Shown: positions 44,498-57,802, counted from the stretch's first letter. The stretch: DNA of 64,000 nucleotides from Octopus vulgaris (GCA_951406725.2 OX597829.1:20212001-20276000); one strand, 5' to 3'. The notes: generated by a model from the sequence alone, not told the origin. Program-made: numbers and translations.

Positions 44498-44983
44498 ACA
44501 TTATTTACATTTGACGGATATTTGTCCTCATCTTGTTTGTTTTAACACGTTTTGGCAGATAAAACCTCCAGCCTTCATCAGGTGTCTTGGGGAAATTTCG
44601 AACCTAGGTTCCCATCCCTAAGGTATTTTTCAATGTTGTTGTTGTTATTATTATTCTGGTCACTGCCTGGAATCAAACTTGGAATCTTGGTGTTAGTAGC
44701 CTGTGCTCATAACCACTATGCCATATGCTCGTGGCATAGTGGTTAAGAGCAAGGGCTACTAACCCCAAGATTCTGAGTTCGATTCCAGGCAGTGACCTTA
44801 ATAATAATAATAATATCGAAAAATATCTTAGGAATGAGAACCCAGGTTTTAAATTTCCCAAGACACCTGAAGAAGGCTGGAGGGTATATCAGTCAAAATG
44901 TGTTAACAACAAACAAGATGAGGACAAATATCTGTCAAATGTAAATAATGTACATAATTCCTCATCTCTTAGATATAGAACTG
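44498..44983. mobile_element. Fold-back element of two head-to-head tRNA-headed, hammerhead-like-motif units with 12-bp TSD
   Basis: Arms 44498-44723 and 44732-44953; A box TGGCATAGTGG, B box GTTCGATTCC; CTGAWGA-AGGCTG..CWGYC-AAAA; TSD AAATGTATTGGT at 44486-97 and 44984-95. Confidence 0.85.
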
Positions 44984-45830
44984 AAATGTATTGGTGTTAT
45001 ATCAGGTTTAAGTTTGTAGGGAGGTGAATTGTTTAGCGTTTTTAAATGTCTTTGATCAGTCCTGTAAATAATTTTACTAATAAGGTGAAGTAGTGTTGTG
45101 AATAAACAAAAACAGCATTGTTTTTTTCTCATGTCAAGTATTTTTCTGTTTGAATGAAGTAGATTACTAGCTTTCAAATTTCAATAAGTTAAAGTCGTTT
45201 AATCTCTCCTTCTTCTCAGTTGACAAGTTTGTAGAACTTCCAACCATATCCACTCATTTATCAATAGCATAACTTCATTATTGTTCAGCTTCAAATTTTT
45301 AGATACAGGATATTTCAGAACTTCTTACTTTTCATTTACAAGTACTTTGATGTACAATACCAGTACAAAATTCCTTAATCCCTTAGCCTTTAAACTGGCC
45401 ACATCAATCCCAAATATTCTACCTGCTGGATTTCTTCTGTTATACTTCAGCCTTTCATCTCTTGGCATGAGGCAATCGCTCTCTCTATTACAACAACATT
45501 CAGACAAAGGAGGAGTTTTCTTTAGGCTTGCAAGCTACTTGGTGACTTCACTAGGGCCAGTATCATAATAAGAAAAGGATTCCAGTACACTCTGGAAGGT
45601 CATTAGCATCCAACAGTAGAAACCATGCCCAAGTAGGCTTTGGAGCTCAATGCAGTCGTTTGATTCACTGGATTCCATCAAATTGTTGAACACAGAAGAC
45701 TGACAGATGTTGATGTTGAGTAATTGCTAACTTACCCAGATTGAATGACACATTTTGTGAAAATGTTTCATCAAATGTCTTTTTTTTCTTTCCTGGCTTA
45801 CATGAAATGAATTATATTCTTTATTTGCAG

Positions 45831-45919
45831 GCCAAAAAAGGACCTAATGAATGACGAAGTAGTTGATACTTTTTCTAAGAAAAGATGTTTAGCATGGTTT
45901 CAAGAATACTCTGGCTCTG
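45831..45919 (+). CDS. DCUN1D4/5: DCN1-like 4/5 coding exon 2
   Basis: tttgcAG ... GTGAGA; (W)PKKDLMNDEVVDTFSKKRCLAWFQEYSGS matches FSSKKCLAWFYEYAG; phases 2/1 fit the neighbouring exons. Confidence 0.92.
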
Positions 45920-47180
45920 GTGAGATTGCTTTTTATATAATTATTTCTTATTGAGGCTTGTGTCCTCATTATTTCATATTACATTTTGCAAGAGGTGTCT
46001 TTTTTTTATCTTTCTTTCATTGTGAACATTATTTTGCAGTATATTTTGACCACATGTGAAAATGATATATAGTTTGTATGCAAACCACTCAACCACTCAT
46101 TACTTTCAAGTTAGTTTTATGCTTCACTGAGTTGCTCCCTTTTGTCCTTACATGTTCTGCTGCCAGGTTAATGAAAATGGGGTTAATTATTCAGTGCTTG
46201 GCCTAGAATCTGGTTTAATATACAAACGTATAATTCTTCAGCAACTAAACCAATATATCTTATTGATTCAGCTGTTCTGACTCTTCTTACCTGTTCTGCA
46301 AAATACTTGCCCTGGAAACAACAGCATGTTATGGAACTGGGACCATAACTTATTGGGTCAGTGAAAATCTTCTTATGTTCCAATGAAATATAGTCAGTTT
46401 AAATTATTTGTTTGGATTCATTAAAAAAAAAACATTCAAGAATTATAATTAATGATTGTTCAAAAATCATTATTAGATAGATTTCTGAAATTCCTTTTTA
46501 GCCAATCTCTGATAGTTTTATCTAATTCCACAACAATTGAACCTTTGTTGAACTTGCCATCACTATTTTCACTAATTCTAGTGTATTCCAGTCCTTCATT
46601 TTGAGAATTCAAGTTTTTGTTATATTTAAATGTATCTCAGTCACCATTCAAGCTTATCAAAGAAGTCTTGTGTAATATACATAACACTCTGGTACATAAA
46701 ATTGGTTTCAAATTTTGGCACAAGGTCAACAATTTTGGGAGAGGGGATAACTTGATTACATCAATCCCAGTGCCCTGCTGGTACTTTTCCTATCAACTCT
46801 GAAAGGGATGAAAGGCAAAGTCAACCTTGGTGGAATTTGAACTCAGAACTTAAGGACAAATGAAATGCTGCTAAACAGTTTGTCTGGCATACTAATGATT
46901 CTGCCAGCTTACTGCCTTACTGTGGTGCAAAATATTAAATATAATCCTCTCTGTAAATAAGGCTTTATACTTTACAACATTTCTAGATTTCTATTCTTTA
47001 CTAATTGGTGAAATGCGACATATATGTTAGCCAGTCATGGCCTGAATTTGGTTGGTGATAGTCTTGAATTCATGACACTGGAGTTGGCAATCTATCTCGT
47101 CTACTCAGCTAGTCCACATTTATACATACAGATACACACGCATGCGCGCGGGCTTAAAATAATATAATCAAATCATTATT

Positions 47181-47583
47181 TTAACCCTTTAGCATCCAAA
47201 TTGGCCATATCTGGCCTGCATATTCTACATGTTATATATTTAAATCAGCTAGATGCAGCCTCTCACACCTACCCTACAATGTCCTTCTAAAAATAAGCTA
47301 CCACATCATTAAAATCTCAACACTAAAAGATAATTCATGATTAATTTAAAACAATGTGAATAAATAAGCATTGCATTTAACAGCCATATCTGGCCCAAAT
47401 ATTCTACCTGTTTTATGTTCAAACCAGCTTGATATGGCCTCTCACACTGACCTTACAATGTCCTAAAACTAAGCAATCATATCATGGAAAATCACAGCTA
47501 TGAGGAAATGCATAGTTAATTCAAAACAATGTGAATAAATAAGGATTATATTTGACAGAATAATCTGAATGCTAAATGGTTTA
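47181..47583. mobile_element. piggyBac-type MITE with internal ~180-bp tandem duplication
   Basis: TTAA-CCCTTTAGCAT.. / ..ATGCTAAATGG-TTTA. Confidence 0.7.
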
Positions 47584-47649
47584 TGCATTAAAATATAAAT
47601 TGAGGTTTTTAATTCAACTTAGATGTATTATACTTTTTTTTTTAATCAG

Positions 47650-47726
47650 AAGGAGCAGATGATGATGTGATTTGTCCAGAAGGTATGGAAAAATTCTGTG
47701 AAGATATTGGAGTAGAACCAGAAAAT
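47650..47726 (+). CDS. DCUN1D4/5: DCN1-like 4/5 coding exon 3
   Basis: Poly-T tract + cAG; (E)[25 protein letters not shown]; GTAAGC donor; alternative in-frame acceptors up to 47658. Confidence 0.95.
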
Positions 47727-48242
47727 GTAAGCAACTGAAATATGTCAGCTTGTTATCCTTTCTTTTTACATACTGTAATACTGTGTGTGTATTTACACAC
47801 ACACACACACACACACACACGTCATCATCATCATTTTAAATCTGCTTTCAATGCTGCTATGGATTGAGTGGTCCAATAGGATCCTAGGATCTGGTGAATG
47901 CTGTATTGCTTCAGTATTTTGGCTTTGGCATTCATTTCTACAAATGAATACCCTTTCAAATACTAACCATGGCACAAGCACTAGTGAAGTCACCTTGAAA
48001 CTGGCAAGACTAAAGAGCACTATGAAAGAGGGCAGACAAAGAGAAAAAAATTGCAGTTTTAAGTAAGGTGTTGAAAGAAGTTAACAAAAAAAGGCCGGAA
48101 GGAAGGGGTTCTATCTTGTACTGAGGACCCTGATTGGCCTCCGCAAGGATATATTTAAATTTATGCTAAAATGGCTCAACTTGGCACCGTCCAGGTGCTT
48201 GAATGAGGCAGTGTGCCTAGTCGGGCATGGAAGTAAGAGGCT

Positions 48243-48476
48243 TTAACCCTTTCTTTACCGTATTTATTTTGAGATGCTCTGTGTTTCTTTCAATCAATTT
48301 TAAATATAATAAAGAATTTAGTAAAATAACTTAGTCATCATTAAGCTAGTGTTAGGAACATAAATTTTGACTAAGGTTTTTTGGAAGATTTTAATTCAAA
48401 ACTTGTGAAAACAAGACATTTGTACTACAGAGCCAGAGGTGGGTGGTTTCAGCTGGGTTGGTATCAAAAGGGTTAA
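48243..48476. mobile_element. piggyBac-type MITE
   Basis: TTAA-CCCTTT.. / ..AAAGGG-TTAA; interrupts a GTAAGAGGCTTAATGCCT motif repeated downstream. Confidence 0.85.
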
Positions 48477-48857
48477 TGCCTTGAGTTGTAAAAAAGGTAA
48501 GAGGCTTAGTGCCTCATTTTTGTAAGGACGTGGAGTCCATTTGTGAAAAATGTAAGAGGCTTAATGCCTCATTTGAAAGCACCACTGAACTATAGTAAAA
48601 GATTTATAACCTCAATTGGTTTTATAAAAGAGAAAAAAAGAACAATATTCTCGGGAAGCATAGATCAGCGGGTGTCGCCTGCCTCTCTCATCAATATCCT
48701 TATTTTGCTCATCATTCATTTCATTTGTGTTGTTGTTCAGCCTGCACTTGCTTCTATCTATGTAATTTCTTTATGGCAAATTTGATGAAATAAAGGTGTT
48801 GAAAGAAGTTAATGTATCATGGAAAGAACTGGGGTGTTTTATCAGGTCTAGTAGAGA

Positions 48858-48909
<52 letters not shown>

Positions 48910-49707
48910 ATGTATGCCTGTATGTATATATATATATATATATAAATCATCTAACATCTGCTTTCCATGCTGGCATGGGTTGGAAGATTTGACAGGAGCT
49001 GGTTAGGCAGAAGACTGCACCAGACTTTGGTGTCTGTTTTGACTTTTTTTTTTTATAGCTAGATGCCCTGCCTAACACTAACCATCCAGCTCAGTGGACT
49101 GAGTGCTTTTTATATGGCACCAGCACAGGTGAGGTTAGTTTTGGCAAGGTTTTACTGCTGGATTCCCTTCAAACGCCAACCACTTTACAGTGTGGACTGG
49201 ATGCTTTTTACTTGGCACTAGCACTGGCAGGGTCACCAAGTAACTTGTAAGAACCTTGTGTGCCTTCGAAAACAGATGCTCATTTCATGCAAGTTAATCC
49301 ATAATCAGTCTGGAGCATCTCTTGAGTTTCTGGAGCATTTTTGTCCAGTTTACTATAAAACTTTATTGCATAGCAAGCTTCTAAATTGTCATCACATCCT
49401 GACTGTATTCTGCAAACTAATCAGTTGTGACAAGCAGTGTTTAATAGGGTGTATCAAAAGTGCTATTATAGCCATCTCCTTCAGTCTGGAATAAAAATCG
49501 TTTGTAGGACAACTTATGAGATGTATAGTAATGTTGTACTGAAATTACTATAATCTAGGACAGTTATAATTGCCTCTCTTAAAAAAAGCTTCAAACCTTT
49601 TGGAATGCAACTTGTCTATCTATCTGTGCGTGTGTATTTATTTATTTATTTGCATATGTGTGTGTGTGTATGACATTGGAATAAGAAATTATGTAATGAA
49701 CTTCATT

Positions 49708-49786
49708 AGCTTACAGCTGTTTCTACTATAAGATGCAACGCACTCAGAGCTGAGTGCTTGTGTAACACTATAGCTTCATTGGAGCT
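49708..49786 (-). ncRNA. Decayed type-I hammerhead motif with long stem II
   Basis: Minus strand AGCT-CCAATGA-AGCTATAG..GCACTCAG-CT-CTGAGTGC..TTATAGTA-GAAACAGCTGTA|AGCT. Confidence 0.6.
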
Positions 49787-50829
49787 TCATGTATGTATGT
49801 ATATATACATGTGTGTGTGTGTGTGTATCTGGTAAAAGTGGATCCTAGGTTCTTGAAAGTGTCCACTTTGTCAAGTATTACTCTATCATTTACCCCACCA
49901 GAATCTCTCTCCCTCTCCCATTCTCATTACCCTCTCTTCCTTTCCAGCACTACCTTCACCTATCATATCTTTTCTGTGCCTTCACTTATCTCTCTCCTCT
50001 GCTCTACTCCATCTTAACAACTTCTGTATCTGCCATCATTCTCATCACCCTCTCACATCTACCATCACGCCCCATTCACTGTAGCTGCTCTTATGTACCC
50101 CAATATCTCTTTCTCACCATTCCTACGTCTTGCACATCTTCTCTGTCCCTTCTGTCTATCCTCCTTCCCAAGCCACTTCTCTCTCTCTTTCTCTCCCCAC
50201 TTCCATACTGATATTTCTCCTCACTACATCTTCACCCTTATTCATCACAACATTAATCTCTACACCCACCTCTAATCTCTTCTTATACTCTTTGAGAAAT
50301 ACCCCACTCCCCTAATGCACTGTCTGTTTCCTCTCTTACAGTGTGTACTGGGTGCTTTCTTTGCACCATTGTCACTAATGGTATTGTCAAGAACTTTGCA
50401 GGACAAGAAAAGAACGGTAGGCGGGGGAGCCCAAAACTAAGTGAGGTGGGGAGTATTTGAGAAAGGGAGGTGACTTCATGTTAGTTGTTGAGAGACTAGG
50501 GTATAATAAAGGGACAAGTAAGATGTCTTATTACAGAAGCGATACCCAACATTATAAAGGTGAATGGAAGCAGCTGGGAAGAAGATGAAATGGTAGAGAT
50601 TGGGTGCCAGAGCAAACTCTCCAGATATAATAGGTCAAGATAAGAGTCAGCAGGTAGATCCAGAGATGCGCATTATAGATAACACTCAGTAGTGCTCAGA
50701 TCATTTGAGCATACACGCCAAAATCTTTACTGAGGACTAAATCTATGCGGGAAAGAGTTGCTATAACAGGAATCCAGGTGAGTAAATATGATGATGCAAA
50801 TAAAACCACTTGGGCTATATATATAAAAT

Positions 50830-50860
<31 letters not shown>

Positions 50861-51516
50861 AAAACAAAGGCTGAAAATATTCAGACGAATATTCATATAT
50901 AGATATATGTTAACAGAGCTGACTTACATAGAGTACAGACAAAAAATTAAGGGGAGAAGGTATGGAATTACAGGTCCAACAACTGATTCTGAGGACTCAC
51001 GATTATGTCATAAAGTAGTTTGCAAAACCTCAAGGATATACAACCAGTAGTGGAAGCATATAGTCATTAGGTAAATTCAGCCTCCATCTTCAGTGTGGCG
51101 AAATAGGTATATCTCCACCCTGGAGACAGAGGTTTGATGGTAGTGAAACTTGAACTGTGAATGCAGAGCGCTAGATGGAAATGAAACTAGCATACTCTGA
51201 TGAATGTGCAATGTCAGTGTGATGTACAACAAAGTACAAATGTACTAAGAGAAAAATTAGGCATGAGAAGAATCAGATGTATCTGTGTAGGAGAGAAGAT
51301 TGCTCTGGTATGCAGATGGATGAGGACAACTGTGTGAAGAAGTGCTGATTGCTAAATGTGGAAGAGGAAGATGTGTGATGAACTGGTGAAGACTATTGTT
51401 TCTGGAAAATTTGCAGTGAGACAAATTTGCCGTATGGACGATGATAAAGTGGATTATATCAGCATGAAAAAAAGTAAAACAAATGTATGATTAAAAGTTT
51501 TATAAAAGTATTAAAT

Positions 51517-51902
51517 AGGCGTAGGAGTGGCTGTGTGGTAAGTAGCTTGCTTACCAACCACATGGTTCCAAGTTCATTCCCACTGCGTGGCACCTTGGGC
51601 AAGTGTGTTCTACTATAACCTCGGTCAAACCAAAGTCTTGTGAATGGATTTGGTAGATGGAAACTGAAAGAAGCCTGTCATATGTATATATATATATATG
51701 TGTGTGTGTTTGTCCCACCCCCAACATCGCTTGACAACCGATTTTGGTGTGCTTATGTCTCCGTAACTTAGCAGTTCAGTAAAAGAGACTGATAGAATAA
51801 GTACTAGGCTTACAAAGAATAAGTCCTGGGGTCAATTTGCTCGACTAAAGGCAGTTCTCCACCATGGCCACAGTCAAATGACTGAAACAAGTAAAGAGAG
51901 TA
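51517..51902 (+). mobile_element. SINE family A
   Basis: Full head-to-tail copy on + strand. Confidence 0.9.
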
Positions 51903-52045
51903 GGTAAGTCTTCATTCAATGTCAAACATTAAAAAAAAACATTACGAGTCATTTAAAATGAAATTTGTTATGGCGAATTTTCCTACAGTAAAAATGTTTA
52001 TGACAAAGTTTCCTATAACCCCTCAAGATATTGAAACTATATATA

Positions 52046-52410
52046 TACTCTTTACTCTTTTACTTGTTTCAGTCATTTGACTGTGACCATGCTGGAGCAC
52101 CGCCTTTAGTCGAGCAAAGCAACCCCAAGACTTATTCTTTGTAAGCCTAGTACTTATCCTATCGGTCTCTTTTGCTGAACCGTTAAGTTACGGGAACGTA
52201 AACACACCAGCGATGTTGGGGGGACAAATACAGACATACACATATACGATGGGCTTCTTTCAGTTTCCGTCTACCAAATCCACTCACAAGACTTTGGTCG
52301 GCCCGAGGCTATAGTAGAAGACACTTGCCCAAGGTGCCACGCAGTGGGAATGAACTCGGAACCATGTGGTTGGTAAGCAAGCTACTTACCACACAGCCAC
52401 TCCTACACCT
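52046..52410 (-). mobile_element. SINE family A
   Basis: Full copy on - strand, tail-to-tail with 51517-51902. Confidence 0.9.
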
Positions 52411-53299
52411 ATCAGTAATGATTTTAGCATGATGGCAGAAGGTCCATCAAGTGTCACCCGTTAGCATCATAGTTTGGCAAGCCATCCCAGAGGAGTTAAA
52501 GATGCTTTTGTGAACTGCTATGAGGTAGCTCTTATAGCTGAATTTCTAGTAGGATTAGAGAAGAAATTCCAGATATAGAACCAAAACTTAGAATCTAGAA
52601 ACCTGAGTAAAAGATGGGATAAATTTCTTGTTATATTTGGAATTAAGTCTTGTGTTTGTAGTGGATTTTAATGCTAAGCTTTCTTTTGAGCAGAAATTGC
52701 AAGGTCTCTTGTTGACAATATTTATCTTCACCCTGGATACAATTTTCCATTTTAGCATATCGTTAGTATTCTTCCCTTTTAACTCCTATATACCTGTTTA
52801 CATCATCCATCTTCTTTGCATACATGGGTAGGACGGTTGACAGGAGCTGGCCAGGTAGAAAAACTACCTTAGGCTACTGTGTCTGTTTTGGCAGGGTTTT
52901 TGTGGCTGGATGCTTTTTACATTGGTTTCATTTCTTTCTATTCAGGTTCCTAAATGTGTGAATGTGTTTGTTGCGAAAAAGTTTAAATGGTGAAGAAGTG
53001 GAACCAACATATACGTGTTTGTGTGTGTAAATATTATGGGTAATCATTTTCAACTATATACAACGCTAATGCTACTTTTAATTCATCGGTATCATTGTAT
53101 TGGTAGAATAGATTATTAATGTATTTATGGTCTAAAGAGCAGTTACTAGGATTAATGTAGTTTTAATTGGTATTCTTGTATATGTTAGCTTAATTGGATA
53201 ACTTGAGCTCTTACAGACTACAACACACTAGGGTTTTATGAAATTAAGTGTAATGCAGGAAGAAAATTTTTGAGTGTTATAAAAAAAAAACTCTATCAT

Positions 53300-54000
53300 A
53301 TCTATGATATTGTGTTAACCACTCCTAAAGACAGGACTCCATTGTAGTATAATGCTGGTTAATTAAATATTTGTATAATGGGAAAATTTTGGTTTCTAAG
53401 CAAAATATTCTTAACAAGATTATTTTCTGGTGGTTAGGTAGAAAGTATATGTAGTGTAAGGACTCAATTTGTTTCCTAACAGGATATCAGAGTGAATAAG
53501 AATGGTCTTATGCTAGATCTAGGAAGCCCACTTCATGAATGTTGGCCTCAATAATGATAGTGAAACCAAACTTCTGTGAAGAACAAGAGTAGGTCATTTT
53601 TGATTCTGTCAGTCCACTGTGGATTGTAGTTACTAAATAACAAAAGGCCATAATCTTGGTATAGGTCTCCTTTTTAATGCTGGAAGTAAGAAAAAGACGA
53701 ATGAGAGTAGTGTTTGTGTAGGGGTTTTTGAATGTATGAATCATCTTGGTGCCTTAAAATTCATGAATTTATGAACTGTCACTAGGCTCTTGCTATAGGT
53801 TATAGATTTGACAGTTTAAAAGGGACTTATTTAAAATAGGGGATGTGACTAAATATCTAACAAAACAGTCTATACAGAAAACTTTTTCCATATTAATGCA
53901 ATTGTATGAATACTTCATCTTTATCAAAGACTTACTTATATACTCATAATAAAACTATGGATATTTTAGAATAATCAAACAATTGTATAGCATCATATTG
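53300..54000 (-). mobile_element. Decayed Penelope-like RT remnant
   Basis: KFGFTIIIEANIHEVGFLDL resembles PLE RT motif GLxITIExN..VNFLDV; downstream xNH-like trace. Confidence 0.55.
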
Positions 54001-54154
54001 ATATGTATGTGTGTGTACATACATATATTTCTTGATACCAAGTGGTATCAGAGGAACAAAATTTTGCCTATGGAAGAATTTTAGCCTCAAACGTAAGTTA
54101 CAAAACACTTATTGGCAAGACAGAGTTACTAGATACTAATGTTAGTAAATTATT

Positions 54155-54375
54155 TACGAGGGGGTGCTAGAAAGTTCCTGGCTTTAAGTGTATCATGAAA
54201 GGGCTGGTTGGAGGTTCAACCTTTTGAGTTCTTTTACAGGGCTTAGAGAAAGTGAAGGACTGTTGCAGTGTATGAATCTGAGAGGGAAATATGTTGAATA
54301 AAAACATAATCAACTGATCCTCCTGTATTTTCTTTTACTCAAAACCAGGAAATTTACAGCACCCACCCACTCATA
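54155..54375. mobile_element. Mariner-derived MITE
   Basis: TA-CGAGGGGGTGCTAGAAAGTTCCTGGCTTT / AAAACCAGGAAATTTACAGCACCC..CTCA-TA. Confidence 0.75.
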
Positions 54376-55356
54376 GCTTATATTTGCAGCTTGTGGGTCA
54401 GAAATATCCACTGTTTGAATGTATTTCCCAATTAGTGCTAGTAGCCAGACACAAATCTTTAGCCAGTAGGCTTGTTTCCTGAAAATATGGCCAGCAGTGG
54501 CTTTTTTTAAAAATTATTCAAAAAGTTTGGACAGCTGTCAAATTTACCCTTTTCATTCTTATTTGAGTCACAATAAGCTTCAATCTTTATGCAAAGGTTA
54601 TGTACCGATTTGATAAAATATGTTTGTGTGTAGCTGTAAAAACCCTGCCAAAACAGACAGGGTAACCTGGTGCAGTCTTCTACCTAGTTGGCCCCTATCA
54701 AATCGTCTAACCTATGCCAGCATGGAAACAGACATTATATGATGATGATGATGATTCATGTCAGTGAATATATATGTGAGGGCTTAAATGGGAAGACATG
54801 TATAAATGTGTACCCTTTATTTGTGTGTGTGTGTATGCATGCTTTTTTTTTTCTTTTTTACAGAACTCAAAATCTAAAAGCATTTTGTGTAGCCTTGAGC
54901 TGTCATTGAAACTAGCTGGTTCTTTGATATCAACTTGAAATCACCTTTGTTTATATTTCTGTAGTAGAGATCTTTTGGGCAAAAATAATACTAAAAATAA
55001 AACATATTTTTATTGAATTTAACTGTTTCCTAATTTTGAAATGTAGTTTTATGAAACAAAATAGATGTGATGATGCATGTGTGTGAATATCATTGTTATA
55101 ACTATTGAAATTATATTGTCAGAGTTTCATTTTTTTTTAGACACTTAACTTTTTTTATACTCTTTTACTGGTTTTAATGATTGAATTGTAGCTGTGCTAG
55201 GGCACTGTCCTTAAAGGTTTTACTCAATCATATCAGTCTCAGTACTTATTTCAACTATATCAATTTCCATTTATCAAACCACTAAGTCAGAGGACAAAGA
55301 AACACAACATAAACATAGCATGTGGTTTTTATTTAGTGTAAACTTAAACATAGTCC

Positions 55357-55418
<62 letters not shown>

Positions 55419-55814
55419 CTTACATATGTCTATTTTATAAGCTTCTGCATACTTTCACCTGATGCTTTTATGGAAGTGTGCCATGCTGTAACATTGAATC
55501 TGGACCCATGTATTTGCAAGGTTCCTCCTTTCTTGGACCTTATTCAACCCTTAGTAAATCCTACATTTCACATGCAAAAAAAGGACATCTAGCAGATGCT
55601 ATTAATCTGCTTGAATCTTCAACAATTTCTCTCTTTCTCAACTGAAATTCTCCTATATGTTGAAATTATGCTTCTTGGACTAAAGTTTTGGATGTCCTTT
55701 TTCTAGTGTAATAAAACCTATTTTCTTCAATGCAATTCTTTCTCACTGTAAACAAAATCTCTCATCTATTGCAAAGGGGCAAAGCATCTGTGATGTTTAT
55801 TTCACTATCTAGAT

Positions 55815-56114
55815 CAGTGAGTCCCAACATGGGGCTTGGTAAAATTAAGATGAGTTGGGATCCCATTCTCTTTTTTTTTTAAGTGGGACATGGAATTGTG
55901 AAAATTTTTATTTCACAGCAAACATACACCTATACTCAGCCTAGCCAAACTAATCCTTCCAACCAAGCATACTGTCTGAAGACTGATTGCTACAGTATAA
56001 TGCTATTCTAATGCTTCAGTATGGATATTTCTTTAAAGACATTTCATCTTTGAGGTATGCATTTTTCTGGAAAGTTATAGTGGAACCTAGGAGAAAATAG
56101 GTTGGGAAACACTG
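55815..56114. mobile_element. hAT-type MITE ending 40 nt upstream of coding exon 4
   Basis: TIRs CAGTGAGTCCCAAC / GTTGGGAAACACTG; TSD ATCTAGAT / ATGTAGAT. Confidence 0.8.
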
Positions 56115-56154
56115 ATGTAGATAATTTGTCTGTTTTTTTCTTTCTTTCTTTTAG

Positions 56155-56246
56155 ATTGTAATGTTGGTACTTGCTTGGAAGCTTGCAGCTAAAAGTATGG
56201 GATTTTTTACATCCCAAGAATGGCTCAAAGGAATGTCAGAACTACA
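56155..56246 (+). CDS. DCUN1D4/5: DCN1-like 4/5 coding exon 4
   Basis: [30 protein letters not shown](Q), PONY/cullin-binding domain; AG/GTAAG boundaries. Confidence 0.95.
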
Positions 56247-57170
56247 GTAAGCTAAATTTTAATGTTTTTTTTTACATACAACTTTTAAAAACGTACCTTA
56301 TTTAATTATTACAGTGTTTAGTGTAAGTACAGTTAATAGGTAAAAACCAGACCAGATTGTTTATTGTCTGGAACTTTTGAGTTTAAAGTCCACTTGAATA
56401 GCTTTTGCCTTTCATCACTTAAATTAAAAGAATAAACAAAAATTGTAGTTGTGATCCCTGTGCCGGTGGCACGTAAAAGGCACCATTCGAACGTGGCCGA
56501 TGCCAGCGCCGCCTTGACTGGCTTCCGTGCTGGTGGTACGTAAAAAGCACCAATCCGATTGTGGCCGTTGCCAGCCTCACCTGGCATGTAAAAAGCAGCC
56601 ACTAAACTCACGGAGTGGTTGGCGTTAGGAAGGGCATCCAGCTGTAGAAACACTGCCTGATCAGACTGGAGCCTGGTGCAGCCTTCTGGTGTCCCAGATC
56701 CCGGTCAAACCATCCAACCTATGCTAGCATGGAGAATGGACGTTAAACGATGAAACTAGTATAATGGTGTAAGTTGAATATCTACTCCAATAATATGAGT
56801 TACATATACAATATATTTAACTTTTGCTTATTTAGGTTTTCAAGCTGTAAACATGTATATTTCATGACTAGATATAAGTTACTGCAGCCTAGGTTATGAT
56901 CTCTGAATAATCAACAAATATTTCATTAAGATGTAGAGTCTGAGACCAGGATCTGTTGATTTGGGTGATGATAGAAGTACTTACATTGACATTGTTTCAA
57001 CCAAATTGAGTTGTCTTTGTGCCTAATGAATACTAAAATATTCATTTTGGAGGATGCAGAAGTGTAGGCAATAACTATTGTTACAAACTAAAATTGTTTT
57101 ATTAATGATGCTGCTTATAAAGAGTGTATACTTGTCCTTTTAATTCATTAAATCTCCATTTTTTTTTCAG

Positions 57171-57279
57171 ATGTGATACAACTTCAAAATTACGTAAGAA
57201 GTTAGATTTCATCCGGTTATATCTCAATGATCAAGTACATTTTAAAAGTATTTACCGATATGCCTATGATTTTGCTAAG
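57171..57279 (+). CDS. DCUN1D4/5: DCN1-like 4/5 coding exon 5
   Basis: (Q)[36 protein letters not shown]; tttcAG / GTAAGA. Confidence 0.95.
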
Positions 57280-57741
57280 GTAAGAGGATATAAATTAAAG
57301 TAAAAAGCATACAATTAAAGAATAAACTTAATTTAAATATGAATTCTTCAAATATTCTGGTGAATTCCATTGTTTTTAGATTAAAGAAATAACATAAGCC
57401 TTTTGTATTTGACAAATATAATTAAAAAAGAATTTTACAAAATAGAAACTCCAAATATGATAATATATAAGCTATGACTTTGCATAGAGTCTAATTTAGC
57501 CAAGACCAACCAACCCTGAAATTGAAATAATATATTTCTAAATCTCTCAGAGATATTTATGCAGTTGCAGCACAATAAAGTGATAGCATGTTGTCAACTT
57601 AATGTGACAGTTCCATGAAAGGGAAGAATGCTACTGTTATTTAGCCCTAGGAAACATCGCTTCCTGTTGGACTTGACACATTTCCTGTGTCTTTATGTCT
57701 TCAAAGTGGAGACAAGCACCTCCACCCAACAAAACCAGCAA

Positions 57742-57782
57742 CCAGAGACTAGTTTCAGAGTCATTGCTCATCATCAGTCTGG
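57742..57782 (-). ncRNA. Minimal type-I hammerhead ribozyme, intact core (decayed mirror copy 60120-60160 +)
   Basis: Minus strand CCAGA-CTGATGA-T-GAG-CAATGA-CTC-T-GAAACTAGTC|TCTGG; palindromic stem III ACTAGT. Confidence 0.8.
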
Positions 57783-57802
57783 AGTAGCATGGCTTGCTAG
57801 CT

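Noticed and set aside
44724-44797. tRNA gene
   Set aside because: A/B boxes are present but there is no clean acceptor stem or terminator; it is the head of a repeat unit
49860-50330. Pyrimidine-rich ORFs (and purine-rich 10140-10400)
   Set aside because: Low-complexity decayed repeat, no protein motif
50725-50765. CTGAGGA...GAAA hammerhead-like match
   Set aside because: No convincing stem I, II or III pairing
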